A stretch of 63,281 nt of DNA, counting the filler, from Hausera hauseri (taxonomy: Eukaryota), in the NCBI GenBank assembly GCA_046269625.1. It is 12 parts of 12 records of this genome, joined end to end, with 100 filler letters (N's around TTAATTAATTAA, not from the genome) between each part and the next. Parts side by side here need not be neighbours in the genome. Positions count along the whole stretch, not along the records: positions 38,793 to 43,981 come from JBJURY010312387.1; positions 44,082 to 49,033 come from JBJURY010381147.1; positions 49,134 to 53,809 come from JBJURY010479798.1; 9 more parts are not named here. One strand, 5' to 3'. The notes under the pieces are model-generated. The model was not told the origin of the DNA and searched no databases. It saw nothing but the letters and a program-made list of their open reading frames with translations. Positions 38,793 to 51,739 of the stretch are shown one piece after another. The translations under genes were made by a program, and so were the position numbers. Within the stretch, counting starts at the first letter, position 1. Every line of letters starts with the position of its first letter.

Positions 38793-40360
38793 AGAATTAT
38801 TACGGAATGGCCTGGTTTGGAGGTGTCTAAAGCCACGCCGTCAACGATTGTGCAAGACTTGAAAGAATTGAGCATGTCTTGAGGTGGCTGGTTCTGTTGA
38901 AGTTGAGCTTGCATGAAAATCGGTGAAAATTAATGGAACTAACCGACCTAGATAAAATATCGGCAATTAAATTATTAACCACATTAATATGTTTAAGTTG
39001 AAGTTAAATATCAACAAGTATGATATCTGCCGTTCTTGGCGTGTGGAAGGGTGTTTTATAGCCATGATGTTAAGTAAGGGTTTGTGATCGCTTTGTATAG
39101 TAAAATGGCGAGCGACAAGTGGGGGGAAGAAATGCTTTAAAGCAAGCACGGCGGCCAATAACTCTCGATCGAACGTTGAATATCTAGTTTCAGGGGATGT
39201 TAGCTTACGAGCAAAAAATTCTAGTGGCTGATTTTCTCCTTTGTGGAATTGGTGAAGAACAGCACCTACTGCAGTGGTTGAAGCGTCTATGGTAAGGATG
39301 AGTTCCGCATCAGGTTTGGGGAAGGCGAAAATGTCGACGGTCTAAATTCCTTCGCGTAACTTATCAAATTTGTCTACCAATTCAGGTGTCCACTGGATTG
39401 GCTGATGCTTTTTGCCACAGCTTAAGTGTGCAATTGGTGCTGTCAATTCAGAGCAATATGGTACATATTTATGTACAAAGTGTAGTGTACCGAGGAAGCT
39501 GCGCATTTCGGTGGCCGTACGTAGTAGCTGGATATTCTTAAGGGCTTCAACGCGGTCTGGTTGAGGAGAGTGGCCGTCTGGTGAAACAACGTGGCCTAAA
39601 AAGTTGATGCGCTTTTTGAAGAAATGGCATTTGTCGAAATTGACTTGGAGATTATGGTGCTTAAGTCTTTGGAATATTGCACGAACATGTTCCTCGTGTT
39701 GTTTTGTCGAATACGGAACGATCAGAATATCATGTCGCTGAAAGGTCTGGGCGGCATTTCGCAAACCGATTGGCATGAACAGGTACTCGTAGAGAAAAAA
39801 GGAGTAGTGACAGCGGCTTTTTCTATATCTTCGGGTGTCACTTGTATTTGGTGGTATGCTTTGGCCAAATTGATGGTCGAATAAATGGTAGTTGAATTAA
39901 GATGATGCAGGATGTCCATAATGAGTGGCAAGGGGTACACATCCATGACTGTCAAGTTGTTTAACTTGCGGTAGTCACCGAATTGTATAAAAGTACCGTC
40001 CTTTTGTGTAAAACGTGTAAAGGTGACGACCAAGGAGATTTGGAACTGCGTTCAATTCTGGAGCGTTCTAGTTCAGAAAATTCGACTTCTACAGCCTGCA
40101 TACGACGAAGTCACAGTGGTCGTACCTTTTGGCGTATTGGTCGTTGATGCTGTGTAATTATGTGATGTACAGTTCTGTTTGTAGAGGTAAACGAACGATC
40201 TTTTATAAGTACTCGTGGACATGATGTGGTAAAGAATTTTTGTAAAGTTGTAGGCAACTGTGGTAGATTCGATGATGATGGCGAAACAGCTTGGGTACTA
40301 GCGGATGCGATTTGTGACTTGTTTAGTGATGTGCCGTCAAGTGGTATTTTGTTGAGATAC
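38793..40360 (-). mobile_element. Second copy of the CsRn1-like Gypsy (RT-RNase H), decayed
   Basis: High similarity to 13240-14850 (STQAVSPSS.NL.QLP, HQRPIRQKVRPL, LAKAYHQI, PIQWTPELVDKFDKLRE). Confidence 0.9.
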
Positions 40361-40399
40361 CTTACTTTGCAGTACCTCAATTTTTTAACAACATACTTT

Positions 40400-43300
40400 T
40401 GATTTTATACTTTACTTTCGATTTTGATAATGATACAACATTTGAGCACCATGTGATTGTAAATGTGAATAAACGTTCTGCACTTCTTCTTCTTTTTATT
40501 TTGTTAAGCCCTCATGATGGGCATTTTTATTCATCTGACATTTGTAAAGATGTATGTATCCAATTCGGTAGCAGGTCTATAGTTGAAAAATATTTTAAAG
40601 AACTAATCCGTCATATAATTCCAGGAAAATAGAATTTAGTTTTTCACAATACAACATGGAGTGTAAATACATATCCTTGGCTGGAATGGAAAAATATATC
40701 ATACATTGGAATGGATTGAAAAATATATCATTACTTTAAGAGAAAACCATAAATATATTCATTGGACTATAGAAGTGGTGCCGTCATATAGTTCCAAGAA
40801 AAATAAAAATTTAAATATCTAATTTTTTATGATACAACTTGATTAGAATCGAAGAGCATGCCATACATTACTCTAAAAGTATTACATTCGCGAGTTATGA
40901 AGATCGTGCACCAGGTTTTGTGTCCAGGAATTATGTGTGAAAATTTTAGAATTGTACACCGGATTTTGGTGTTCGGGTTTTTGTGTTAAAGTATGGCATT
41001 TTAGTGCAGAATTCGTGCATCTAAATTTAAATTAATAAAACGACATTATGTCGTAATTGTTAAATTTAGAATTGACAGAACAATACCATGTCGTTGTTAC
41101 TAAAATTAGGTCTCGGGTATATAAGCGAGACGCAAACCTCAAACCACACACAATTTCAATCTTACAGTTTTATACACTTATCTACGATTCGATTCAGACG
41201 AAATTTGAAAGAATTTGTTCCTTTGAGGAAAACATTAAGCTTACTTCAAGGTAGACCAGTTAATTTAGTTTTGTTTTGATTTTGACGTCAACTAGTTAAT
41301 ACAAGACAACGTATTTATCGAATTTAATAAAATTTGGAACCAAGAAAGTCTACGAGTACTATTGCTGTTTTAGTGGAACCTCATAGTTAACCAAACTACG
41401 ACGCATCGACCCGATATGGATAATTCTCATGATAATCATATGCAAGAAAATTCAGGAATAGGTAAGAAAATGATGATAATTGATCTTTAAATAAATGATG
41501 AGATGGTTTTGAATGCCGCGTATATTTTATTTGTTTGTATATCGTGTAATTTAATAAATATTTGTTACAAAAATTGAACGTTTATTGTGGTTATGAAGAT
41601 ACCCTATTATCAGGCGATTAACCCTTGTGTTGAGTCATGTAACAAGGGAGATTGAAGTTTTAATTTGTGTACAAGGAACAATGAAGTAGTTACGGGAGAG
41701 GTGTGAGGTCCTCGAATAACAAGATTACAGTGAAAGTAAAAGGATACAGCTGAATATGGTCAGCGGAACAATTGATAATTGATGTGGACATACTGCTGGA
41801 TTTCACGGACCAATATGACATCTGAGTAGTGAAGAGTCGCCGCGTCAGAGTGGATGAGTTCGACTCGAATTTATGCGCAAAAAGGTATTCGAATGTGGTT
41901 ATTATGTGCGACTGGCGATGGGAATTTGTGAATGTTATAACCTTGTTGTAGTTAGAATAGATTGTAGTATAGGGAATTGTGGGAAGATATGTCGGATATG
42001 TAATCCGTAACTCTTTTGAAGTTATGGGTTATTTTAGAGAAAGCAGACTTTCCGATTGTGTTCGTTCGTAATGATTTAGCACGTCATCCGCGACTTAGAA
42101 GGAAGTGATTTCTTGTGCCCGAAGATCCTTTTAATTGATAAACCAGGTGTTTGCCGAATACTATGTTAATATATCATCTAGCGAATATATATAATATTAG
42201 ATTATTGATATACCATATAATACCCCAAGTTAAATAGGAAATGTTGGGTTTGGCCAAGAGAGTCGTCCGTGTTAATATGTCTTTATTGATATGTTAATAT
42301 ATACTTTTTATGAACCTGTTGATGGGGTGATTTTGGCTTCCAGTACGCGGGTAATGAGTGTTTCGGGATGTTGAGTGTTAATAATGATCGACGGGATCGA
42401 GGATCATGTTGTTGAATATACTAAAGCAATGATCTTACTTCAGGTGGAACAAAATTCCAAACAAGATGAGTAAATTACATCATGGGTCATGGTCATATCA
42501 TCATTGTATGTTGTTTTGTATGACAAAGTGGAGATTAAGCCTTTGTTGGTGACGTATGCAGAAGTACCAGAAATACGTGATTAGTGTTAATTGCGCTCGG
42601 TTTAGATCTGTAGTGAACGAGCTATAGATGGCCTTTGGTTATAGATATTATTGTTGCGTGGGTGCTAAACTATTGGCGAGATTTAATACGAGTTATGTTG
42701 ATTTATATTTGATGAGTGATTGTTGCACAAAGATATCCATTAGTGATGTTTGATTTTGATCCTTTATAAAGTAGCACGTATAGCAAGACTCAACATTCGA
42801 ATAATTGATGAGGACTGATGGAATCTATCATTTGCTGACGTGTACATCATGCATTGTTTAGAGAAATGTATAATCGTTGAGTTGATGGATTAAACTCCCA
42901 GAAGGTGGTAATATTGTTAGAACTGAGATAGAATGAATAGCCTCTGTGGTGTAAACTATTTGATTAAAGAATTACTCAATGGAAGATACAATATATACAT
43001 TGTGTGGAAATGATTTTTTCCTTTAGAGTATACCGGTGCAATTGTTATTCGTTCATCGAAATTATTTGGGTTATGATAGCTAAACGGATTAATGTTTCTT
43101 TACTGTAATCCCATCATAAACGAATGTGTATAATGGTGAATTCTTAATTATCACATTTAGTATAATTCTATGATCCTTTTGCTTATCGATATCCTTTATT
43201 GTATTTGAACCAAATGATAAAATTCATAAACTAGGGTTGTGGAGCAAAATGGGAATAGAAAAATTTTTTACAAAATATTGTCTTCACAGAGTATTGGAAT

Positions 43301-43909
43301 CAATAGCGGGCTTAAAGAGAGAGAGTCAACATTTAACTTTTCATAATCATATTGTTACATATAGATAGGCAGTGGTTAACTTGACAAATTTAATAATAAT
43401 AATAACATAAATCTGATGTAAATTATAAATAATAGAAGAAAAGCATGAGGAACCATTGAGGAGCATCATCTTACACATACTAACACAAAGATAAGCATGC
43501 GCATATTTACGTGTATACGAAAAATGAAGAAAGGAGTAAATATTAGACAAAACATTGCCATCAAGACAAATCGAGATTTAAATCTAGAAAGAAACGTTTA
43601 CACAACTATTGAGAATGTGCAAAGAATATCTAACTTCAATGAGACTATATGGAAAAGATGAAAATAATAAAGTAAATTCTAGCAGTGTAAATGTACCGTA
43701 AGCACTTAAAATGTTTGGCATTTATATCAATCTAACTCACATATACGCCTTCAGTTATGAGATGATATTTAAGAAGAAATGTTTAAGGTGTAGGCGTTTA
43801 CCTTACGATATCTTGAGACAGAAATTACTGGGGAAACGCATCTGACAAATGATTACTTTATATGTGGATACAATTTAAGGTCTGTCGTAAAGACCCCTGT
43901 ATACCAACA
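40400..43909 (+). repeat. Candidate long LTR ending CA before a PBS (5' boundary uncertain)
   Basis: Short tandem motifs at 40680-40990, TATA-like GGTATATAAG near 41117, donors GTAGA/GTAAG at 41250 and 41462, and an end ...CCAACA followed by a PBS. Confidence 0.35.
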
Positions 43910-43916
43910 TATAAAC

Positions 43917-43933
43917 TGGTGCCCCGAGTGAGG
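43917..43933 (+). promoter_or_regulatory. Primer-binding site (elongator tRNA-Met type)
   Basis: TGGTGCCCCGAGTGAGG, the same type as 130-146. Confidence 0.75.
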
Positions 43934-44095
43934 ACACCATATTGATAAAACGATTAATGATTTTAAGGCAAAAATCCTTATNNNNNNNNNNNNNNNNNNN
44001 NNNNNNNNNNNNNNNNNNNNNNNNNTTAATTAATTAANNNNNNNNNNNNNNNNNNNNNNNNNNNNNNNNNNNNNNNNNNNNTTTGCCTATTCGAA

Positions 44096-44261
44096 TGACC
44101 ATATATCCTATTTGTTTGCCTATATACATACTATTTGATTGACCATATATATTTGTCCTCTAACATATCACTTGAAAATATAAACAAATTACTGATCACG
44201 ACAAATATATATGGTCAATCAAATAGTATGTATATAGGCAAACAAATAGGATATATGGTCA
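44096..44261. repeat. Long inverted repeat (about 62-bp arms, about 42-bp spacer), MITE/fold-back like
   Basis: tgaccatatatcctatttgtttgcc...atttgtc (44096-44157) is the reverse complement of gacaaat...ggatatatggtca (44200-44261). Confidence 0.85.
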
Positions 44262-44269
44262 ATCAAAAC

Positions 44270-44945
44270 AAATGGAACAGTAAATTGCGTTGAATAACGT
44301 TGATCTTTAGGTTGCCTGACAGATTTAACGAGGGATGCCATGAGTTGAAAGCAGGATTATTCACAGAAGCAAACTTTAGCCCGGGATGATATAAATGGAT
44401 TCTTCTTGACAATTCTTATTATGGTCTGATCGTCCCTTGTAGATGTGCATTTAACTCTTCCATAGTTGAATTTTGATGAACGTTTTCCAGACAATGTCCG
44501 TGAAAAAACCCTTTGAGAAATGTTCAGTCTTTGAGATATTTGACATTGCATATACCCCTCGTCTTTCAAAAACCTGATACTTGAGAGCAAAACAGAAATC
44601 ATATCATGATGATTATCCATCCGTGAAAAATGATTAAATTTGTACAATGCAATGAACAACAAAAACATAAAAAATAATATTATTGCAACCAAGTAACAAC
44701 AAAAATTAGACCTTCATATGTAAATACTGCTTTAATATACATTCAATCGAAGCATGGAAATATTTAATAAAACCAGGTGAACTAACGCTTAATTACTAAA
44801 AGTATGTGGATTTTCTGTTACCAGGTTCAAATATATTCATGAGTGGCAATATGTTGTCATTTGACAGATTTACAAGTATTTCTAAATATTCGTTCAAAGC
44901 ATCATGTAATTGTGAAATTATGCAAATTTTTTAGAAACGACTGTA
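44270..44945 (-). mobile_element. Tc1-like transposon 5' fragment
   Basis: TIR-like start TA-CAGTCGTTTCTAAAAAA on minus, and HTH region QCQISQRLNISQ...GRVKCTSTRDDQTIIRIVKKNPFISS. Confidence 0.75.
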
Positions 44946-45466
44946 TATATTCTGTACATGAATTGTTGGTTTTCAAATAATATTTATCTTTATTGAATTT
45001 GCCATTCATAAATTCATCCCAACGAACTACCTTTTGTGAAAATATAATCTATATACAGTTAAAACTATATGGAGATTTAGGTAAATCTCATAATTTCCAA
45101 ACCCTGCTCGGGGGTCCACAAAATCCCTGCGATTGAATCATTGTAAAAATTTTTGTAATAACGAAACGCGCGATTACGTGAATCGAGCTAATCCTTAATT
45201 ATGTCGGTAGCCACGTGTGATGACGTTTGTAAAGTTGTTTCATTAAAAAACTGTCCAACATTTACCAAAAAACAGACTGAATCTGAAGACAACATGATAA
45301 ATTTGACAGCTTTATTATGATTGAAAGTCACCACCAGAATTTACAACAAGGCTTCACCAGAGAAAATTATTGTACAAAACAGATAAATCAGGGAATTCAG
45401 GAATAAAAAAAACAATCTTTACAGAAATAAACGTCTAAAACTGTTACGATCTATGAACCACAAAAT

Positions 45467-45943
45467 TTATTTCATCGGAAAAATCAAACCAAAAACACTA
45501 CCAAACCAATTCAACCATAATTTGAGATCATTCGAATCTCGGACCCCAATAGCGGACTTTATTGTGCTGATTGACTGATTTGTCTTACACGGATGAATAA
45601 CAAAATACGGTAAACCAAAAAACGGATGTTCAACCTGCACTAAAGCCATTAACAAATCGTGATCGGTGCATTGGAATAATTGGCAAAATTCATGGATGCT
45701 GAGGTATTGACCACATTCATTATTGGCTCTGATGTACAAGAGTGGAGCATTGAATGTGGTTGAAAAACCAATTCGATATTCTACTTTATAATCCAAATCA
45801 TTTTTGTTCACAAAAGTACTTGTAAAAAGTTCTACAGATGCATTGTACTTGTCATGTTGAACTTTCGTCCATGATTGGAACGAATGATTTTTTAAATAGG
45901 ATTGCAACTCCGTCAGCTGATTAAGGTAACAATCGACATCCAT
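45467..45943 (-). CDS. ATG10: Autophagy E2-like enzyme ATG10 (single exon)
   Basis: EYRIGFSTTFNAPLLY, QVEHPFFGLPYFVIHPCKT (catalytic HPC), LKLWLNWFGSVFGL. Confidence 0.88.
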   Translation of the reverse strand: MDVDCYLNQLTELQSYLKNHSFQSWTKVQHDKYNASVELFTSTFVNKNDLDYKVEYRIGFSTTFNAPLLYIRANNECGQYLSIHEFCQLFQCTDHDLLMALVQVEHPFFGLPYFVIHPCKTNQSISTIKSAIGVRDSNDLKLWLNWFGSVFGLIFPMK

Positions 45944-46428
45944 TAAAAAATATTTGAATCGCTCACAAACAGTTCATGAGTCGATTAGCAATATGTAGGA
46001 AAATGACTTTCGTTTGCTGAAATAACAATATAGATTTTAAAACAGAGCAAAAATTATGATTGAGATTTGCTACAAAAACCTATTGGGATCTATCCATTCT
46101 GAGACGGTTTACGGGATCAAAAAATTGAATATTAATGATTTCGAACGAGAATGAGGGTTATTTGCCGCATTCTATAATATGAAATTTCTCGATGTAATAA
46201 ATCAAATTAAAATAGACAGAATTTAGTAAAATCCTAGATTTCACAGGAATTAGATTTTAGTTTACCGATAGCTTGAATTAACCCACATACTATGTGCATA
46301 TATAGTACGTACAAAATCAGATAAACATTGTTCTAATATAGTACTGGGAGAAGTAATTTTTAAAATATACAGTTTTATTTTTTCGTTCATGTAGAATTTA
46401 GAATATAGTTTAGCTTATTTGCAGTGTT

Positions 46429-47328
46429 ATGTTAACATCTAAATTTTTTTCAAAATTTATACCAGGCGGTACAATAATCAGTGGTAGGTCTGTGGCCGTT
46501 ACAACATCAAAGTTACTAATTTAATTTATTTTCTAATTTATGCTAGTTAAGATTTCAGGCAAGTAATGTACCTGCCGGTACATCAGCTGACGACAACAAA
46601 CCTAAACCTTATTCGCCTTTTCAGGTAAGTACTAGTAATAAGATGGAATTTGCGTTAGCCAGACTCGATGATTTAATTAATTTTGGTCGAAAGGTAAATA
46701 ATATTAAGTATGGATGACCGTATTGGGATTATTGTAGGGTTCAATCTGACCGATGACGTTTGGGCTGGCCTGCTGTGGAAATGATGCACATGGCAGCACC
46801 ACGGTACGATATGGACAGGTTCGGTATTTTGTTTCGTGCCAGCCCCAGACAGGCGGATGTGATCATCATTGCTGGTACCGTCACAAATAAAATGGCAACA
46901 GCACTGCGTAAGGTCTATGACCAAATGCACAATCCAAATGGGTGATTTCAATGGGATCGTGTGCCAATGGTGGTGGTTATTACCATTATTCGTATAGTGT
47001 CGTTCGTGGTTGAGATAGGATTATTCCCGTTGATATTTACATATCAGGTTTGTTTTGGAAGTTTATTTTTTCGGTTGGATTTCGTTAATTTTGTTGGCAA
47101 TAATTTTATATTTGTTATATTATTTTAATTTAATCAATTGCATAATTCGATTTATTTCATAATGCTCTCTACCTATCCATACCAAATCGAATCAACAATA
47201 ATGAAGTCTATTTTTATTCGTTTGTTTCAGGCTGTCCACCATCAGCTGAGGCACTTCTTTACGGTTTCCTTCAGTTGCAAAAGAAAATCAAACGGATGAA
47301 TAACGCACAGATGTGGTATAGAAAATAA
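46429..47328 (+). pseudogene. NDUFS7: NADH dehydrogenase Fe-S protein 7 (PSST) pseudogene retaining introns
   Basis: [90 protein letters not shown]. Two in-frame TGA stops and two frameshifts. Confidence 0.9.
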
Positions 47329-49135
47329 AGTTGACAGACTCGTTTTAGCGCAACATTAATAAAATAGATTCTTCTTATAGTTTTCATTTCCGAAATTCTT
47401 TCGACGAAAAATTACTTCAAACATTTATTTTGACCTTTCGGTAGAACTATTTAACATTTGACGAAAGTGTAAGTCAATCAGTTGTTACTCCATGGACTAA
47501 TTAGTAAATTCGTTTCATTATTATATGACATAATCCCTGGGAGTAAATGATTTAATGATGCATGTTTTCTCTAATTTCTTACAATGTGTTATCACTACGA
47601 ATAATTAATACGAATAGTTGAGAATATTTTTCACAGGATGCAAAATTATTTATAACTTTAATTAATTTGGAATGAAACTGTTTTGTAGCTAAATCAGTAT
47701 TCGATTGATGATTAGTTAATGTAAATCAATATTATTGTATTTCATTTGTATAATACACAATCAAATTATCATGACACACCAACACATTAAATTCGAACTT
47801 TGGCTGTTGAACGTCATGATTTCACTGAATATGCTAATTTCAAAAATTGGGCACGGGAATTCCATATTTAAACTAGAAATTTTGTGCACCATTTCTGAAA
47901 TCTATGTTTCATGAATATTTCATTCTGATAAACTTTTAACAAATCGATCGTTTAGACGAAAATATTTATCGATTAAACGTGACTACAACGGGTTCGGAAA
48001 TTTTGAAATCTATGTAAATTTTCAAATAGTTTTCGTTTATCAATGGGTTTATGTTAACATTTGTTGAGCAAATTGAGCGCTTTGGAGAAGGCCTTCTTAA
48101 TGTTACATCATTTTGCACTTCTTCAATTTCCCCCATAGCATGGAAAATTTCGTTTCATTTTTCAGCTAATATTTTACTAAAGTCGAATTTCCAGTTTGTC
48201 ATTCATGTTATGTCAAAGTACAATGTATTAGTCTAATTATCACTTACATCACTAATATCTCTTCCTTCTATATAAATATTAACTTTACAATTTGCACAAT
48301 CTTAACTAGAATAATTTTATCGAAAAATCCAAACTACTAAATCAAAACAAAAATGTTTTTTCAATCAAATTCATTATTTCACCCAACGGTCTGTGCTAAT
48401 CGCTGTAAAATTGACGATCAGTTTGTAAATAATTTAAAAAATTTCCCGTGATTGAAACCAAAAAAAAATATTGTTGATTTAAAACGTTTCACAAAACTAA
48501 TCGACGAAATGAACCATCTGGTTTTAAGCGTTTGTAAATAAATTACATCTGTCAGGTTTGGGATTCGTAAAATTTGAGGATCAGGAAAAAATATGTTGAA
48601 TTCTTCCACAAAACTTCACACAAATGAAATTCTAATTGACGGGTATTTGTTGGAGATTGGTTACTACAATGACAGTTCCCTTTCATTGACATACTGTCCA
48701 ACTTAAGTTCGAATATAACGATTCATAACATTCAAAGAAATGAACTAAATTGGTGCTTTGGATTTTAGTGACAATTGATCGATTAATAATAATTTAAAAT
48801 AATTTAAAATTCAATTTGAATTCTGAGAATTCTTCTAGTATGGAATTGTATTGATTTTGTCAATTCACGTGACTGAAATATTCTAAGTACTAAATTCAAA
48901 TTTTCTCTATTGATTTTTTTTTTTACTCCCTTCTTTTAATAACTTCTTGCAAGCGAGCAGATTTTACGCACAAGAATGCTAACACGTGGGAGGCTGGAAC
49001 AACGGGACGGGTTTAAGGCAGATGAGCCGCTTANNNNNNNNNNNNNNNNNNNNNNNNNNNNNNNNNNNNNNNNNNNNTTAATTAATTAANNNNNNNNNNN
49101 NNNNNNNNNNNNNNNNNNNNNNNNNNNNNNNNNTT

Positions 49136-49459
49136 CAGACGTTACGTAACGGTAAGTTAAAAATTAGTAGACAGTTTTATGAAAATATTGGACAGGAACG
49201 AATCAATGAATTAAATGAGCAAGACATACTGGAAAAGATGTTTGCCACAGGAATCACACGAGAGAAGGTAATAACGGCTACTGCCTACTTATCATATAAG
49301 GTAATTGTTATTAATTATCAGACACAAAATCTTAAGGAAATTGCGAGAAACATCAAAGTAATAGTGAAGGTTTTACGTGACACCCTGGAAAATTGGATGC
49401 AATGTAGAGGTGGATGGATACCAAGCCTAACGAATGTCAGAATAAGATCCGAAGGATGA
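49136..49459 (+). CDS. Bcl-2/Bax-like domain (BH1-BH2) inside a Gypsy element
   Basis: KMFATGITREKVITATAYLSYK resembles BH1 (F.DG.NWGR/ITRER.V). VLRDTLENWMQCRGGW resembles Bax BH2 LRERLLGWIQDQGGW, with similar spacing. Confidence 0.6.
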   Translation, partial: QTLRNGKLKISRQFYENIGQERINELNEQDILEKMFATGITREKVITATAYLSYKVIVINYQTQNLKEIARNIKVIVKVLRDTLENWMQCRGGWIPSLTNVRIRSEG

Positions 49460-51726
49460 TCATATGAAAAGCCTACCACAACACAACCTAATTCCACTAG
49501 ACAGGGTCTAGGTAGAATATTATTTATGGAAATATTACAATTATTATTAATAGCATCCATGTGTATGCCTAAAGCTATGGGAATAGTAGCCTATAATTGC
49601 TCAAAGCCCAAAGAAGGACAGAATTACTCTCTAGTGTACTTAGAAAAATGCCCTGAAGCTAATCCGTAACAGCTTACCACTACTGGCGGTCACCACTATT
49701 GGGTATATCAAGAATCGGAGTTTATTAAAGTTAAAATCACGGAATGTTATGTGAAGAAATCATTCTTTTTGTTCAACTGCGCGTACTATTCGGGAAATTC
49801 TGCCATTATTGAACCACCAACCCCTTTTGAACCTATAAGAATATTACGGGCAGAATGTCAAGACGCTTTTAAGATCGGAGTTATAACGACACAAAGCGCG
49901 CAAATATCATCAGTAAGACATAAGATAAAATACACTCAAATCTTCAGAGCATGAAGAATAGATAAAACAATGGAGGATACTTATAAAGGAGTAGATTACG
50001 ACGTTGGAAGTACCATTGCACCAAGTAGCTATTGAGGATTATCAAGTCTAATTAAAGGAATATGAAGGACTATTTGACTCAAAAACTAAACTCATGACGA
50101 CAGTGAGTGAATGTGAATTTGAAAGCGGTGAATGTGACACAGGAGATTCTAAGGTGACTTGAGAAGCATCTTCAAACCGATATCATTTGACATTATTAAA
50201 GGAAGGAAAATTCAACAAAACGGTAGGAAAATAGCAGAAAAATAAACAACAACCTACAAGGAAGGTAAAGAAGTGAAAATGACGGAAGTCGCGATGATAG
50301 TATACTCAGAAAATCCTGAAGAAATGATGCGCTTTAAAATGATCGGAACGACCAATAAATGTGATGAAGAAATGTGTAAAACGAATTATAAAGGTATATA
50401 TCTCTCACATAAGGAAGTGGCTCAAGATAAAAAAGATATAAAACTAACACAATACTTTGATAATAAGGTCGACTTTTTAATCAATTACGTCAGAAAAGAA
50501 ATCAGAAGTTTATATAGAGAGATAACAATAAAGGAATGTAAATTAAATTATGAAATAATCCGCAATAAGATGGCCTTAGTAATAACGAACCCAGATATGT
50601 TGGCACCGGTCATGACATTCGGAGATGGAATAATTGGAAGAGTAATGGGTGGGGTGTTGATAACCATTGAGTGTATGAAGACAGAAGTATCAATAAGACC
50701 AACAGAAGAATGTACATCAGAATTTATAACACGGAACCTCGATACATAATGCCAGTAACAAGAATATTATTAGACGCCAACGCTAAACCCACTCAGATGG
50801 ATAATTGTACATTTAATGTCTCCGATGTTTATACCAGACGATAAATGGATCCGAATGCCCAAAAGAAAACCGGTATTAAAACCAGAAACGTTAAGTTTGA
50901 TTAATTTGCAAAGAAATCAGAAGTTTGAACCATTAAATTGCATATCGCAAGGAGGGATTTATACGCAACAAAATTTAGAAAACTGCCGACGAATGTTGTT
51001 GTTTCCTCAGCAAAGACAATGAGTCATAACGGAGTTGACGAGAAGGGTAATGTGGGACGGAGAAGGTTCACCACAATAAGAAAATTTGGTGGGAAAAGAT
51101 TATTTGGAGAAAGTAACAAGGAGTGTAACGGAAAAGATGTGGGGAAAATTCTTATATTTTGGTCAAGCAGAATCAGGATTTTTAGCCATATATTTATCAT
51201 TGGTGCTTTACGAACAATATTCACTGCACTTGATAAAGCTTATGGAATTCATGCAGCAGTCGGATGTTCATGGAAAATTCTCATAGAGGTAATACCGGCA
51301 GTCGCTAGTTGTTTTCTAGCAAATCACAGCGCAAGATGGAAAAGAAAAATACTTAAGGAAGGAAATAACGATGTTGAGAAGAATTCACCATATAGTACTC
51401 TAAACGGTATAAATGACAATGACGACGACAATTCAGATACTAAATTTAAAAATAGTAAATATCTAACGAAGTTTAAACGATTGTCATTGAAATCACGAAG
51501 ACAGAGGTATAAGCGAAAACTGGTTACTGACTTACTCCAGTTAGACTCTGCACTCGAATATCACGGGCAAGTTTATAATGAACCAATGTTATTGAATCCA
51601 TCAGCTCCTCAATATGTGAAACATGGACGAATGGATCCCATGTACCAAGTTTTACGAATGAAACAAAAGTATGATGAAAACCCCGCACCATATAATCATG
51701 AACCCACATGTAAAATAGATAAATAG
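49460..51726 (+). pseudogene. Chuvirus-G-like envelope glycoprotein, decayed
   Basis: Signal peptide then IVAYNCS...SLVYLEKC; ECKLNYEIIRNKMAL..TNPD; GRVMGGVLITIEC..VSIRPTEEC; SQGGIYT...MLLFP; WGKFLYFG; TM and YGIHAAVGCSW. This is the chuvirus/retrotransposon G pattern. Confidence 0.75.
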
Positions 51727-51739
51727 ACCCCAGTCCGTT

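Noticed and set aside
46429-47328. TGA recoding (Trp or selenocysteine) or a mitochondrial origin for NDUFS7
   Set aside because: Spliceosomal introns and two frameshifts show ordinary nuclear pseudogenisation.
47900-48720. Possible spliced gene on the minus strand
   Set aside because: Some splice-like sites are present, but I could not build a coherent frame or recognise a product.
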